DNA of 64,000 bases, taken from the NCBI GenBank assembly GCA_023248995.1, contig JAHFDN010000011.1, positions 2,676 through 66,675 of the forward strand, given 5' to 3'. The position numbers were made by a program, and so were the translations under genes. Positions 20,630 through 27,795 of the stretch are shown piece by piece. Every line of letters begins with the position of its first letter. The first letter of the stretch is position 1. The notes beneath the pieces are model-generated. The model was given only the letters and a program-made list of their open reading frames with translations, had not been told where the DNA came from and ran no database searches. The stretch comes from Candidatus Rokuibacteriota bacterium (GTDB taxonomy: Bacteria; Methylomirabilota; Methylomirabilia; Rokubacteriales; CSP1-6).

Positions 20630-20655
20630 CAGGCCTCCACAAAGCAGGGTATGTT
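20626..20655 (+). promoter_or_regulatory. sigma-70-type promoter of csp copy 2
   Basis: TTGACA-N18-TATGTT. The -35 box overlaps the helicase TGA. Confidence 0.55.
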
Positions 20656-20661
20656 TTTTTC

Positions 20662-20849
20662 CGGTTGAGAATTCCTTCCGTGTCTGGCAAGGAGTTCGTG
20701 AAGAGAGATCCCTCGGTTTAAGGGTTTAACGCCGCGAGGGCTGCGGTCCTCCGGCGTTTTTGTTTGCCCCCCAGAGGGGGTCAGCCCGGCCATGGGGGTC
20801 GGGTATCACCGGGGCGTGAGAACGCCCCAGAAGAAAGAGGAAAGGGAGC
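20662..20849 (+). promoter_or_regulatory. structured csp 5' leader, copy 2
   Basis: Same hairpin series as copy 1. The inner stems differ in sequence but keep their pairing (GAGG/CCTC here, AGGAC/GTCCT in copy 1). Confidence 0.5.
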
Positions 20850-21050
20850 ATGGCACAGGGTACGGTCAAGTGGTTTAACGACGCAAAGGGGTATGGCTTC
20901 ATCCAGGTGGAGGGCGGAGAGGACGTCTTCGTCCACTACAGCACCATCCAAGCCAACGGCTTCAAGAGCCTGAGCGAGGGTGACCGCGTCGAGTTCGAGA
21001 TCACGAAGGGGCCGAAGGGGCTCCAGGCGTCCAACGTCCGCAAGGTGTAA
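20850..21050 (+). CDS. cold-shock protein (CspA family)
   Basis: 66 aa. [15 protein letters not shown] and VFVHYSTI. Confidence 0.9.
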   Translation: MAQGTVKWFNDAKGYGFIQVEGGEDVFVHYSTIQANGFKSLSEGDRVEFEITKGPKGLQASNVRKV

Positions 21051-21072
21051 CGCGCTCGCTGGACCACTTGAC

Positions 21073-21111
21073 GGCCCGCCGGGGGATAGCCTCGGCGGGC
21101 CGTTTCTTTTT
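21073..21111 (+). terminator. Rho-independent terminator after csp copy 2
   Basis: 9-bp GC stem GGCCCGCCG / CGGCGGGCC followed by GTTTCTTTTT. Confidence 0.7.
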
Positions 21112-21249
21112 GGGGGACGAAATGAAAACCCCGACGGTGTCTGCGGCGTCGGAGAGTCGAGCCGCCCCGCTGGTGTGGGCGGGACCGTCGGGGCCGGTGG
21201 TGCCTGGAACCTCCTCCAGGCGTCCACCCAAGACTAGCGTGGACCTGCC

Positions 21250-21297
21250 TTAGGAGGCGACCACCTCACAGATCACCGCAGGGGTACACATACACAC
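21250..21297 (-). CDS. candidate 15-codon Cys-rich micro-ORF (M/V-CMCTPAVICEVVAS)
   Basis: GTG at 21297 is preceded by AAGGAGGTGGTCCAGCC, an exceptionally long match to the complement of the 16S 3' tail. TAA stop at 21252..21250. No homology evidence. Confidence 0.2.
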   Translation of the reverse strand: MCMCTPAVICEVVAS

Positions 21298-21501
21298 GGC
21301 TGGACCACCTCCTTTCTCGGCGAAGCCCACCACGCGGGCCCAAGTCCCACCACCCCCGACCGGGCGCCGACTCCCGGCCCGGGGCTCGGTCAGGTCGCCG
21401 CCGGCGGGATTGCCGGCAGGGACACCAGAAGGAGCCTGTGTGCGCTCCGACCGATTTCCCCCAATCCTACGTCAGGCCAAAGAGGCATCCAAGGAAATTT
21501 C

Positions 21502-21807
21502 TCACTTCACGACAATCGCCTCTCGGTTCGCCTCCCAGATCCCTTTGCCGACTCCCTTGACCTTCCGAATCGCTTCTGGCGTCTTGAAGGGCCCGCTCTG
21601 CTCCCGGTACTCGATGATCTTCTCCGCGACCTCGCGGCCCACCCCCTTGAGCTTCATCAGCTCGGACTTCGAAGCCGTATTGATGTTGACCTTCCCCTCG
21701 GGAGCCGTCGCGGCCGCCTGTTGGGCCTCGGCAGTGGTCCACGGCGGTGCTGCTCCCAGGAAGAACACGAACGACGCGAGGAGCCCGAGCAACGTCTTGA
21801 CAGCCAT
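21502..21807 (-). CDS. ComEA-like helix-hairpin-helix DNA-binding protein (exported)
   Basis: Internal ATG at 21807 behind a strong SD (AAGGAGGGG). Signal peptide followed by VNINTASKSELMKLKGVGREVAEKIIEYR...GPF. Confidence 0.7.
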   Translation of the reverse strand: MAVKTLLGLLASFVFFLGAAPPWTTAEAQQAAATAPEGKVNINTASKSELMKLKGVGREVAEKIIEYREQSGPFKTPEAIRKVKGVGKGIWEANREAIVVK

Positions 21808-22024
21808 AGTCCCCTCCTTGGCGAAAGATGGTTGCTGTGCTCGATGGATTCTCACCAAGGCGCGCGCGCTGTCAATGTCCAAAGACCAATACAGGCAAGG
21901 GCGGGGGGGTGCTTGACCCGCTCGACACCACGGGCTAGGCTAGCACCGCCTTTCGCGGCCGAGACGACGACCGAGACGGCCAGGCCTCTCATGGCGACGG
22001 ACCGGACTGCCGAGGGAGAGTGTG

Positions 22025-22690
22025 ATGGGCCGTTCCTTCGACATCGTCACCTTCGACTGCTACGGGACGCTGATCGACTGGGAGACGGGGGTCGGCGAGG
22101 CCTTCACCCGCGCGGCCGCGGCCGACGGGGTGAGGCTCGACCGGGCCGCCGTGTTCGCCGTCTACCACGAGGTCGAGCCGACCGTCGAGGCGGAGACCTA
22201 CCGGAGCTACCGCGCGGTGCTCACGGAAACCGCACGCCGCGTGGCCGCCCGGCTCGAGTGGCGCCTCTCCCCGGAACGGGCCGGCTTCCTGGCGGACAGC
22301 CTGCCGGCGTGGCGGCCGTTCCCGGATACGAACCCGGCGCTCGGGCGGCTCGCCGCCGCGGGCTACCGCCTCGGGATCCTCTCCAACGTGGACGACGACC
22401 TGCTCGGGGGCACGCTCCGCCACCTCCGCGTCCCCTTCGACCTGCTGGTCACGGCGCAGCAGGTGGGCTCCTACAAGCCTGCCCACGGCCACTTCCTGAC
22501 GGCGCGCGAGCGCATCGGAGGCCGCCCCTGGCTGCACGCCGCGCAGAGCTACTTCCACGACGTGGTGCCGGCGCGCGCTCTCGGCATTCCGGTGGCGTGG
22601 ATCAACCGCAAGGGTGGGGTCGCGTCGGACGGAGGGCGGGCCGACCACGAGTTCCGCACGCTCGCGGACCTCGCCGACCGGATGGCCTAG
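22025..22690 (+). CDS. HAD-superfamily hydrolase (2-haloacid dehalogenase-like)
   Basis: Motif I DIVTFDCYGTLIDWE. ILSNVD, and SYKP for the motif III Lys. A GTG at 22022 is an alternative start. Confidence 0.75.
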   Translation: MGRSFDIVTFDCYGTLIDWETGVGEAFTRAAAADGVRLDRAAVFAVYHEVEPTVEAETYRSYRAVLTETARRVAARLEWRLSPERAGFLADSLPAWRPFPDTNPALGRLAAAGYRLGILSNVDDDLLGGTLRHLRVPFDLLVTAQQVGSYKPAHGHFLTARERIGGRPWLHAAQSYFHDVVPARALGIPVAWINRKGGVASDGGRADHEFRTLADLADRMA

Positions 22691-22713
22691 CGGCGCGGGA
22701 GTTGTTGACGAGA

Positions 22714-23025
22714 TCAGAGGGACTGACGTTCGGCCAAGCGCTGCAGGTACTCCTCCCATTCCACCGGGAGGAGCGATTTCTTCCTGCTGTTGCAATCCTT
22801 GCACGCCGCCACGACGTTGCCGCGGCTCGATCGGCCACCCCGGATTAGCGGGACGACGTGATCCATGCTGAGGCTCTGACGGCCCACCTGGCGCCTGCAG
22901 TAGTGGCACTGGCCCGACGAGATGCGCCGCTTCCACCACTGGCTCTGCCTGAGCGCCCGCGCCTTGGCCCGCTCCCGCCGGAGCTCCGCCTCGCTGACGG
23001 CGCTGACATAGGGGTCCGGCCGCAT
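22714..23025 (-). CDS. small HNH endonuclease
   Basis: Internal ATG at 23025 (MRPDPYV...), just after the upstream stop at 23034. Motif CHYC...MDHVVPLIRGG...N...CKDCNSRK. Confidence 0.75.
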   Translation of the reverse strand: MRPDPYVSAVSEAELRRERAKARALRQSQWWKRRISSGQCHYCRRQVGRQSLSMDHVVPLIRGGRSSRGNVVAACKDCNSRKKSLLPVEWEEYLQRLAERQSL

Positions 23026-23033
23026 CTTCCGAC

Positions 23034-23429
23034 TCAGCCCAGCGTCTGGACCTTCTCGGGAAGGATCTTGTACAGGACGCGCACCTCCCCCGGCCGGCGC
23101 CACGGGTACGTATCCTGGCCGATGTACTTCTTCGCGAGCGTGTCAATGTGGGCGTCCGCGCCGTGCTCGGTGACCTCCACGACCCTGCCCTGCACCTGCA
23201 TGTATCGGTACGGATTGTCGGGGTCCTGGATGGCCAGCGCCACCCTGGGATTCCGGCGCAGGTTCTTGTCCTTCACGCGCCCCTTGGCGGTGTTAAACCG
23301 GAGGTAGGTTCCGTCGAAGTCCACCCAAACGGGAGTCACCTGGGGACTGCCGTCGGCCCCGATCGTCGCCAGGTGCGCGAACGCCTTCTTCTCAAACAGG
23401 TCGCGATACTTCCCGGGAATATCGGTCAT
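23034..23429 (-). CDS. PPOX-class (pyridoxamine 5'-phosphate oxidase family), probably F420-dependent, protein
   Basis: 131 aa. AHLATIGADGSPQVTPVWVDFDG...RFNTAKGRVKDKNLRRNPRVALAI matches the split-barrel PPOX pattern. Confidence 0.75.
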   Translation of the reverse strand: MTDIPGKYRDLFEKKAFAHLATIGADGSPQVTPVWVDFDGTYLRFNTAKGRVKDKNLRRNPRVALAIQDPDNPYRYMQVQGRVVEVTEHGADAHIDTLAKKYIGQDTYPWRRPGEVRVLYKILPEKVQTLG

Positions 23430-23459
23430 GCGCGAGCCCTCCAGCGCGATGTGTTACCG

Positions 23460-23810
23460 CTAGTTCCTGAGCTGGTCCATCACCCAGACGGCGTGGCGGA
23501 CCGACTTGGCGGCGAGCGTCCCGCCCATCAGGAGTCCGACGTCCATCGTTTCGGCGATCTCCTGCTCCGTCGCACCCAAGCCGAGGACCTCCTCGACCCG
23601 ATGCTCGATTCAGTCGAAGCAGTTCTGCGAGATCGCCACCGCCAGCGCCGTGAGCTCCTTGTGCTTCTTGGAAAGCGCGCCGTCGGCGAAGACCTGCCTC
23701 CCCACCTCGCGGAAGGCCCCGAGGACCTTCATGGGGGATTTGAGCAGGAGGCCGTCCAGTCGCTTCCGCTCCGCCTTCTTCGCGTGCAGGTGTTCCATTC
23801 CCTCCTCCAT
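23460..23810 (-). CDS. AhpD/carboxymuconolactone-decarboxylase family protein with an in-frame TGA (candidate selenocysteine, CFDU motif), or a nonsense pseudogene
   Basis: Track ORF 23610..23810 stops at TGA inside ...AISQNCFD[TGA]IEHRVEEVLGLGATEQEIAETMDVGLLMGG.... The frame stays open to TAG at 23462..23460. The TGA occupies the second Cys position of the family CxxC redox motif. Confidence 0.55.
23577..23600 (-). promoter_or_regulatory. candidate bacterial SECIS hairpin
   Basis: A 10-bp stem (3 G-U pairs) starts 9 nt after the TGA. The apical loop is AGGU. Confidence 0.35.
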
Positions 23811-23821
23811 ACGTCTTGCGG

Positions 23822-25402
23822 CTAGGAGCCAGCTGTGGGCGCGGCCTCCTCGGCGCGCGCGAGATCGCGGGCGCGGCCGCCGGGCACCAGGAAGGCCGAG
23901 GCCAGCGCCAGCAGGCAGACGATCAGCCCCACCACGAAGACCGCGTGCAGCGCGTTGGCCAGCGCCAGCCGCACGCCCGCGAGCACGGCAGGCGCCAGCG
24001 TCTCACGGGTCGCCGGGTTGACGATGAGATCCGGACGGATGACGAGCTGCTCGATCTGGGCAGCGAGGGAGGCGCCCGCCGCCGGGAGCCTTCGGAGCTC
24101 CTCCTGCAGGCGCTGGGCCATGGCGGCGCCCATCACGGCCACGCCGACGGCCCCGCCGATCGTCCGGAAGAATTGAATCGTGGACGTGGCGATCCCGAGA
24201 TCCCGCTTCGGCACCGCGCTCTGCACCGCGATGAGCATCGGCACCATCACCATGCCCATCCCGCAACCGGCGACGATCACGTCCCGCACGGCGGTGAGGC
24301 GGGTGAGGCCCTGGTCCCACTCCATCAGGAGCAAGAACGCGAACGTGAGGCTGGCCATCCCGGTCACCACGACGCCGCGGTACCCGACGCGGAGCACCAG
24401 GCGGGCGCTCAGGATCGAGAACGAGACCCACCCCAGCACGAAGGGGGTCAGGACGAAGCCGGCCTGCGTGGCGGTCGCCCCCACCACCGCCTGGATGTAG
24501 AGCGGGATGAAGGAGATGGCGCCGAACATCGCCATGCCCGAGAGGAAGCCCGTCGCCGCGCCCGCCCGCACCATCGCGTTCCTGAACAGCTCCAGCGGGA
24601 TCAGCGGGTCCGCGACCCGGCGCTCCACCAGCAGGAACAGGAGGAGAAAGGCAAGCGCCGCTGCCAGCGGGGCGAGCACGCCCGGGGTCAGCCACGACGC
24701 GGCGCGGCCGCCCTCCACCAGCCCGACGAGGAGCGAGGAGATCGCCGCGGTGAAGAGCCCCGTGCCGACGAAGTCGATGGACACCGAGCGGCGACGGGAC
24801 ACCGGCTCGGCGAGCCCCCAGGCGATGGCGAGCGCGGACAGCGCCCCGAAGGGAAGATTGATGTAGAACACCCAGCGCCAGGAGACGTGGTCGGCGAGGA
24901 AGCCGCCGACCGCGGGGCCCACCAGCGAGGCGATCCCCCACACGCCGGAGAAGTACCCCTGCATCTTCGCGCGCCGTTCGAGGCCGAAGAGGTCGCCCAC
25001 CAGCGTATAGCCGATGGTGATGAGCGAGCCCGCGCCCAGGCCCTGGAGCGCCCGGAAGGCGATCAGCTGGGCCATGCTCTGGGAGAGGCCCGAGAGACCC
25101 GAGCCCAGCAGGAAGATCCCGATCCCCGTCAGGTAGGTCGGGCGCCGCCCGACGAGGTCCGACAGCCGCCCCCAGAGCGGCATGGCAATGGTGGAGGTCA
25201 GGAGGAAGGCCGAGAACACCCACGAGTAGATCCGGATCCCGCCGAGGCTGGCGATCACCGTCGGCATCGCGGTGGCGACGACCGTCGATTCCATGGCCGC
25301 CAGGAAGATCGCCAGCATCACGCCGGCGACGACGATCGGCTGGCGGGAGCGCGCGCCCGCCGGACTCGGCCCACCGAAGAGGCGCAGCCCGAGCCGGCTC
25401 AC
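23822..25402 (-). CDS. MFS transporter (DHA2-like, 14-TMS type)
   Basis: Proposed GTG start at 25402, with AGGAGG 6 nt upstream, overlapping the alkA-like stop as GTGA. FLAAMESTVVATAMPTI, GRLSDLVGRR, and many TM helices. The rest of track ORF 23822..26350 is shadow. Confidence 0.8.
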   Translation of the reverse strand: MSRLGLRLFGGPSPAGARSRQPIVVAGVMLAIFLAAMESTVVATAMPTVIASLGGIRIYSWVFSAFLLTSTIAMPLWGRLSDLVGRRPTYLTGIGIFLLGSGLSGLSQSMAQLIAFRALQGLGAGSLITIGYTLVGDLFGLERRAKMQGYFSGVWGIASLVGPAVGGFLADHVSWRWVFYINLPFGALSALAIAWGLAEPVSRRRSVSIDFVGTGLFTAAISSLLVGLVEGGRAASWLTPGVLAPLAAALAFLLLFLLVERRVADPLIPLELFRNAMVRAGAATGFLSGMAMFGAISFIPLYIQAVVGATATQAGFVLTPFVLGWVSFSILSARLVLRVGYRGVVVTGMASLTFAFLLLMEWDQGLTRLTAVRDVIVAGCGMGMVMVPMLIAVQSAVPKRDLGIATSTIQFFRTIGGAVGVAVMGAAMAQRLQEELRRLPAAGASLAAQIEQLVIRPDLIVNPATRETLAPAVLAGVRLALANALHAVFVVGLIVCLLALASAFLVPGGRARDLARAEEAAPTAGS

Positions 25403-26319
25403 GTGCCGCCTCCTGGGCCCGCCCGGAGGCGCCGGAGCCCGGCCAGGAGATAGTGCACCGCCAGATGCTGGTGCTGGCCCCAGGCTGCCGCCCGCCGGCG
25501 AATGGCGCGGTCCGAGAGTGCCTGTCCCCGACCGTAGAAATGCGCGAAGCACTTCCGGATGGCCAGATCCCCGGCGGGACACACGTCGCCCCGCCCGAGA
25601 GCCCGTGCCAGAAACCACTCGGCGGTCCAGCAGCCGACGCCGCGGATCCGCGTCAGCTCGGCGATCACCTGCGCGTTCGAAAGGGACCCGAGCCGCCCGA
25701 ATGCGAGCTCGCCCTCCGCCACGAGGCGGGCCAGGCCGATGATGTACTGGGCCTTGCGGGTCGAGAACTTGAGCCGGCGAAGGTCGCGGACCGTCGCCCG
25801 CGCGAGCGCCTCCGGAGTGGGGAAGGCGTGGACCGTCTCCCCCTCGACCGACACCGGACGGCCGAAACGGCGCACCAGCCGGCCACGGGTGGTCAGGGCG
25901 AAGGTGAGGTTGACCTGCTGAGCGGTGATGGCGCCCACCAGCATCTCGAACGGCGTCGGCGCCAGGGTGGGGCGCATGCCGTAAAAGGGCGCCGTCAGCC
26001 CCTGGAGCACGCCGTCGGACTTCGCCATGCGGTAGAAGCCGAGGAGGTCGGCGTCCAGGAAGAGAAGCCGCCGCACCTCCGCGCACACCGCCTCGGCGAC
26101 GCGCGTGGACCGCGAACCCGCGATCGTGATGGTGAGCCGCACGTCGTCGGGAGGCCCGGACCACCGGAGCGCGTAGCCGTGGAGCGCCCCGTTCAGGGCC
26201 AGCGCGCGTCGGAAGACGCCCTCGCCCAGCCGGTTGGCGGGATCTTCCCCCCAGATGCGGTAGCGGGAGAGGGTGTGGCAGACGTCGAGGGGACCTTCGG
26301 GCAGCAGGCGAATGTCCAT
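25399..26319 (-). CDS. DNA-3-methyladenine glycosylase II (AlkA-like, HhH-GPD)
   Basis: 306 aa. HhH-GPD region LTRIRGVGCWTAEWFLARALGRGDVCPAGDLAIRK with the catalytic Asp context. Confidence 0.8.
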   Translation of the reverse strand: MDIRLLPEGPLDVCHTLSRYRIWGEDPANRLGEGVFRRALALNGALHGYALRWSGPPDDVRLTITIAGSRSTRVAEAVCAEVRRLLFLDADLLGFYRMAKSDGVLQGLTAPFYGMRPTLAPTPFEMLVGAITAQQVNLTFALTTRGRLVRRFGRPVSVEGETVHAFPTPEALARATVRDLRRLKFSTRKAQYIIGLARLVAEGELAFGRLGSLSNAQVIAELTRIRGVGCWTAEWFLARALGRGDVCPAGDLAIRKCFAHFYGRGQALSDRAIRRRAAAWGQHQHLAVHYLLAGLRRLRAGPGGGT

Positions 26320-26415
26320 GGGATCCGCGCGGCGGTCCTCGCGCGAGCACTCAGTGTAGCAGAGGCGGTAAGGGATGGAAACGGGGAGCGGGCGGCGCGG
26401 GGGTCCCGGGCCCCG

Positions 26416-27669
26416 TCAGCGCTTCAGGTGGTGCGGAACGTCGGTGACGACGACGTTGTTCTTGAAGAGCAGCGCTCCCTTGATGAGGGCGAGGTCAGCA
26501 CAACCAGGGGCACCCCGCACCCCCACTTGGTCCACTTCTCTTCCCGCTTCCGCGTCTTTTCCGGATCCAGCTCGACGTAGACTGCCTTCGCGGTGGGCGC
26601 GAGGGACTGGGCGTACCGGAGGGCCCGGACCACCCCCGCGTGGAGGTCTCCCACAAGGACCAGCACCGTGTGGGTGAAGGCGGGCTCCACCTCACATCGC
26701 TCGAACGAGAGCTGCCCTGCCACTTCCCGGTAGTGACGGTTCACCGCCAGGCAAGCACCCATCAAGAGGGGGATCAGTGCGACCACCAGCCATGCGCCGT
26801 GGACGAATTTGGTGCCGGCGATGACCAGCATGACGATCCCCGTGGTGGCGGCGCCCACGCCGTTCACCGCCGCCCTCCACGACCAGCGGGGTTCCCGGGT
26901 CCGGATCCAGCGCCGGACCATGCTGGCCTGGGAGAGCGTGAAGGAAACGAACACGCCCACCGCGTAGAGCGGAATCAGGCTGTAGGTGTCCCCCTGGAAA
27001 CCCATGATCAAGAGCGCGGCAAGCCCCCCCAGGATCAGGATGCCGTTGGAAAAGACGAGCCGACCGCCCCGGTTCCCGAACTGACGGGGAAAATCGGCGA
27101 AGCTCGGGTTGGCCGCGAGAATGAGGATCGGGGTGGTGACCACCTCAACGCAGCGTGATGCCCAGGAACAGGGTGCCCAGGATCAGGGCCATCCAGGCGA
27201 GCACGGCGCGGGCATTGCGCGCTTCCGGGGGCTTGAACGCCGGTACCCCGTCGGACACCGCTTCGATGCCGGTCAGGGCGGTGCAGCCGGAGGAGAACGC
27301 GACCCCCGCCACCGCGGCCCCTCCGAGCGCCACCCTGTAGGGGAGGAGCCACGGCAGCGCGGAGGTCATCGCCGCAATCCCGGCCGCGACGCTCACCGCC
27401 ACGGTCAGGACGTAATCGATGAGGAGGGCTGCCGCCGCCACGATGGCTACCAGGACCACGATGGCCAGGCTGATCGGGATGGACAGGCTCAGCACGGCGG
27501 CCCCGGCCAAGACGAGAACGCGGAGGATTTCCTCGGTCGCGTAGGCCACGGAAGAAAGGGCGTCCGAGGAGAAAATGGCCAGGCCTCCCACCTTGCCGAG
27601 TCGTTGGTGCTTGGCCTGAGCCAGCGGCAGCCGGGTGCCGACGATCAGGCGCTTGAACCAATTATGGTT
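26416..27669 (-). pseudogene. decayed APC-superfamily permease with multiple deletions and frameshifts
   Basis: Family blocks lie in three frames: KVGGLAIFSSDALSSVAYATEEIL...DYVLTVAVS...FSSGCTALTGIEAVSDGVPAF (27145..27669), ILAANPSFADFP...LIPLYAVGVFVSFTLSQ (26424..27143), and the true-looking C-terminus IKGALLFKNNVVVTDVPHHLKR ending at 26416. There is no ATG, GTG or TTG start between the upstream in-frame stop and the conserved N-terminus. Confidence 0.5.
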
Positions 27670-27795
27670 CAGGAGGTTCTCTTCTGGTGAGACTCTAAGA
27701 ACTCACAAGCAAACAATAATGATTACAGTAGCTTATAGCTGTATGGGCCCGGCTGAATAGTTTCTTTAGAGATCAGTTGGGTTACTTATGTCTCA

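Noticed and set aside
21270-21320. A genuine 16S rRNA gene end or rrn operon
   Set aside because: Only about 45 nt resemble the 16S 3' terminus. The helix-45 pairing is not maintained. No other rRNA sequence, ITS tRNA or 23S sequence is present on either side.
21380-21470. Possible SRP (4.5S) RNA, because of GGTCAGGTC...CCAGAAGGAGCC
   Set aside because: The conserved helix-8 context (GGUCCGGAAGGAAGCAGCC with a GGAA tetraloop and the matching 3' strand) is not present. Only short chance similarity remains.
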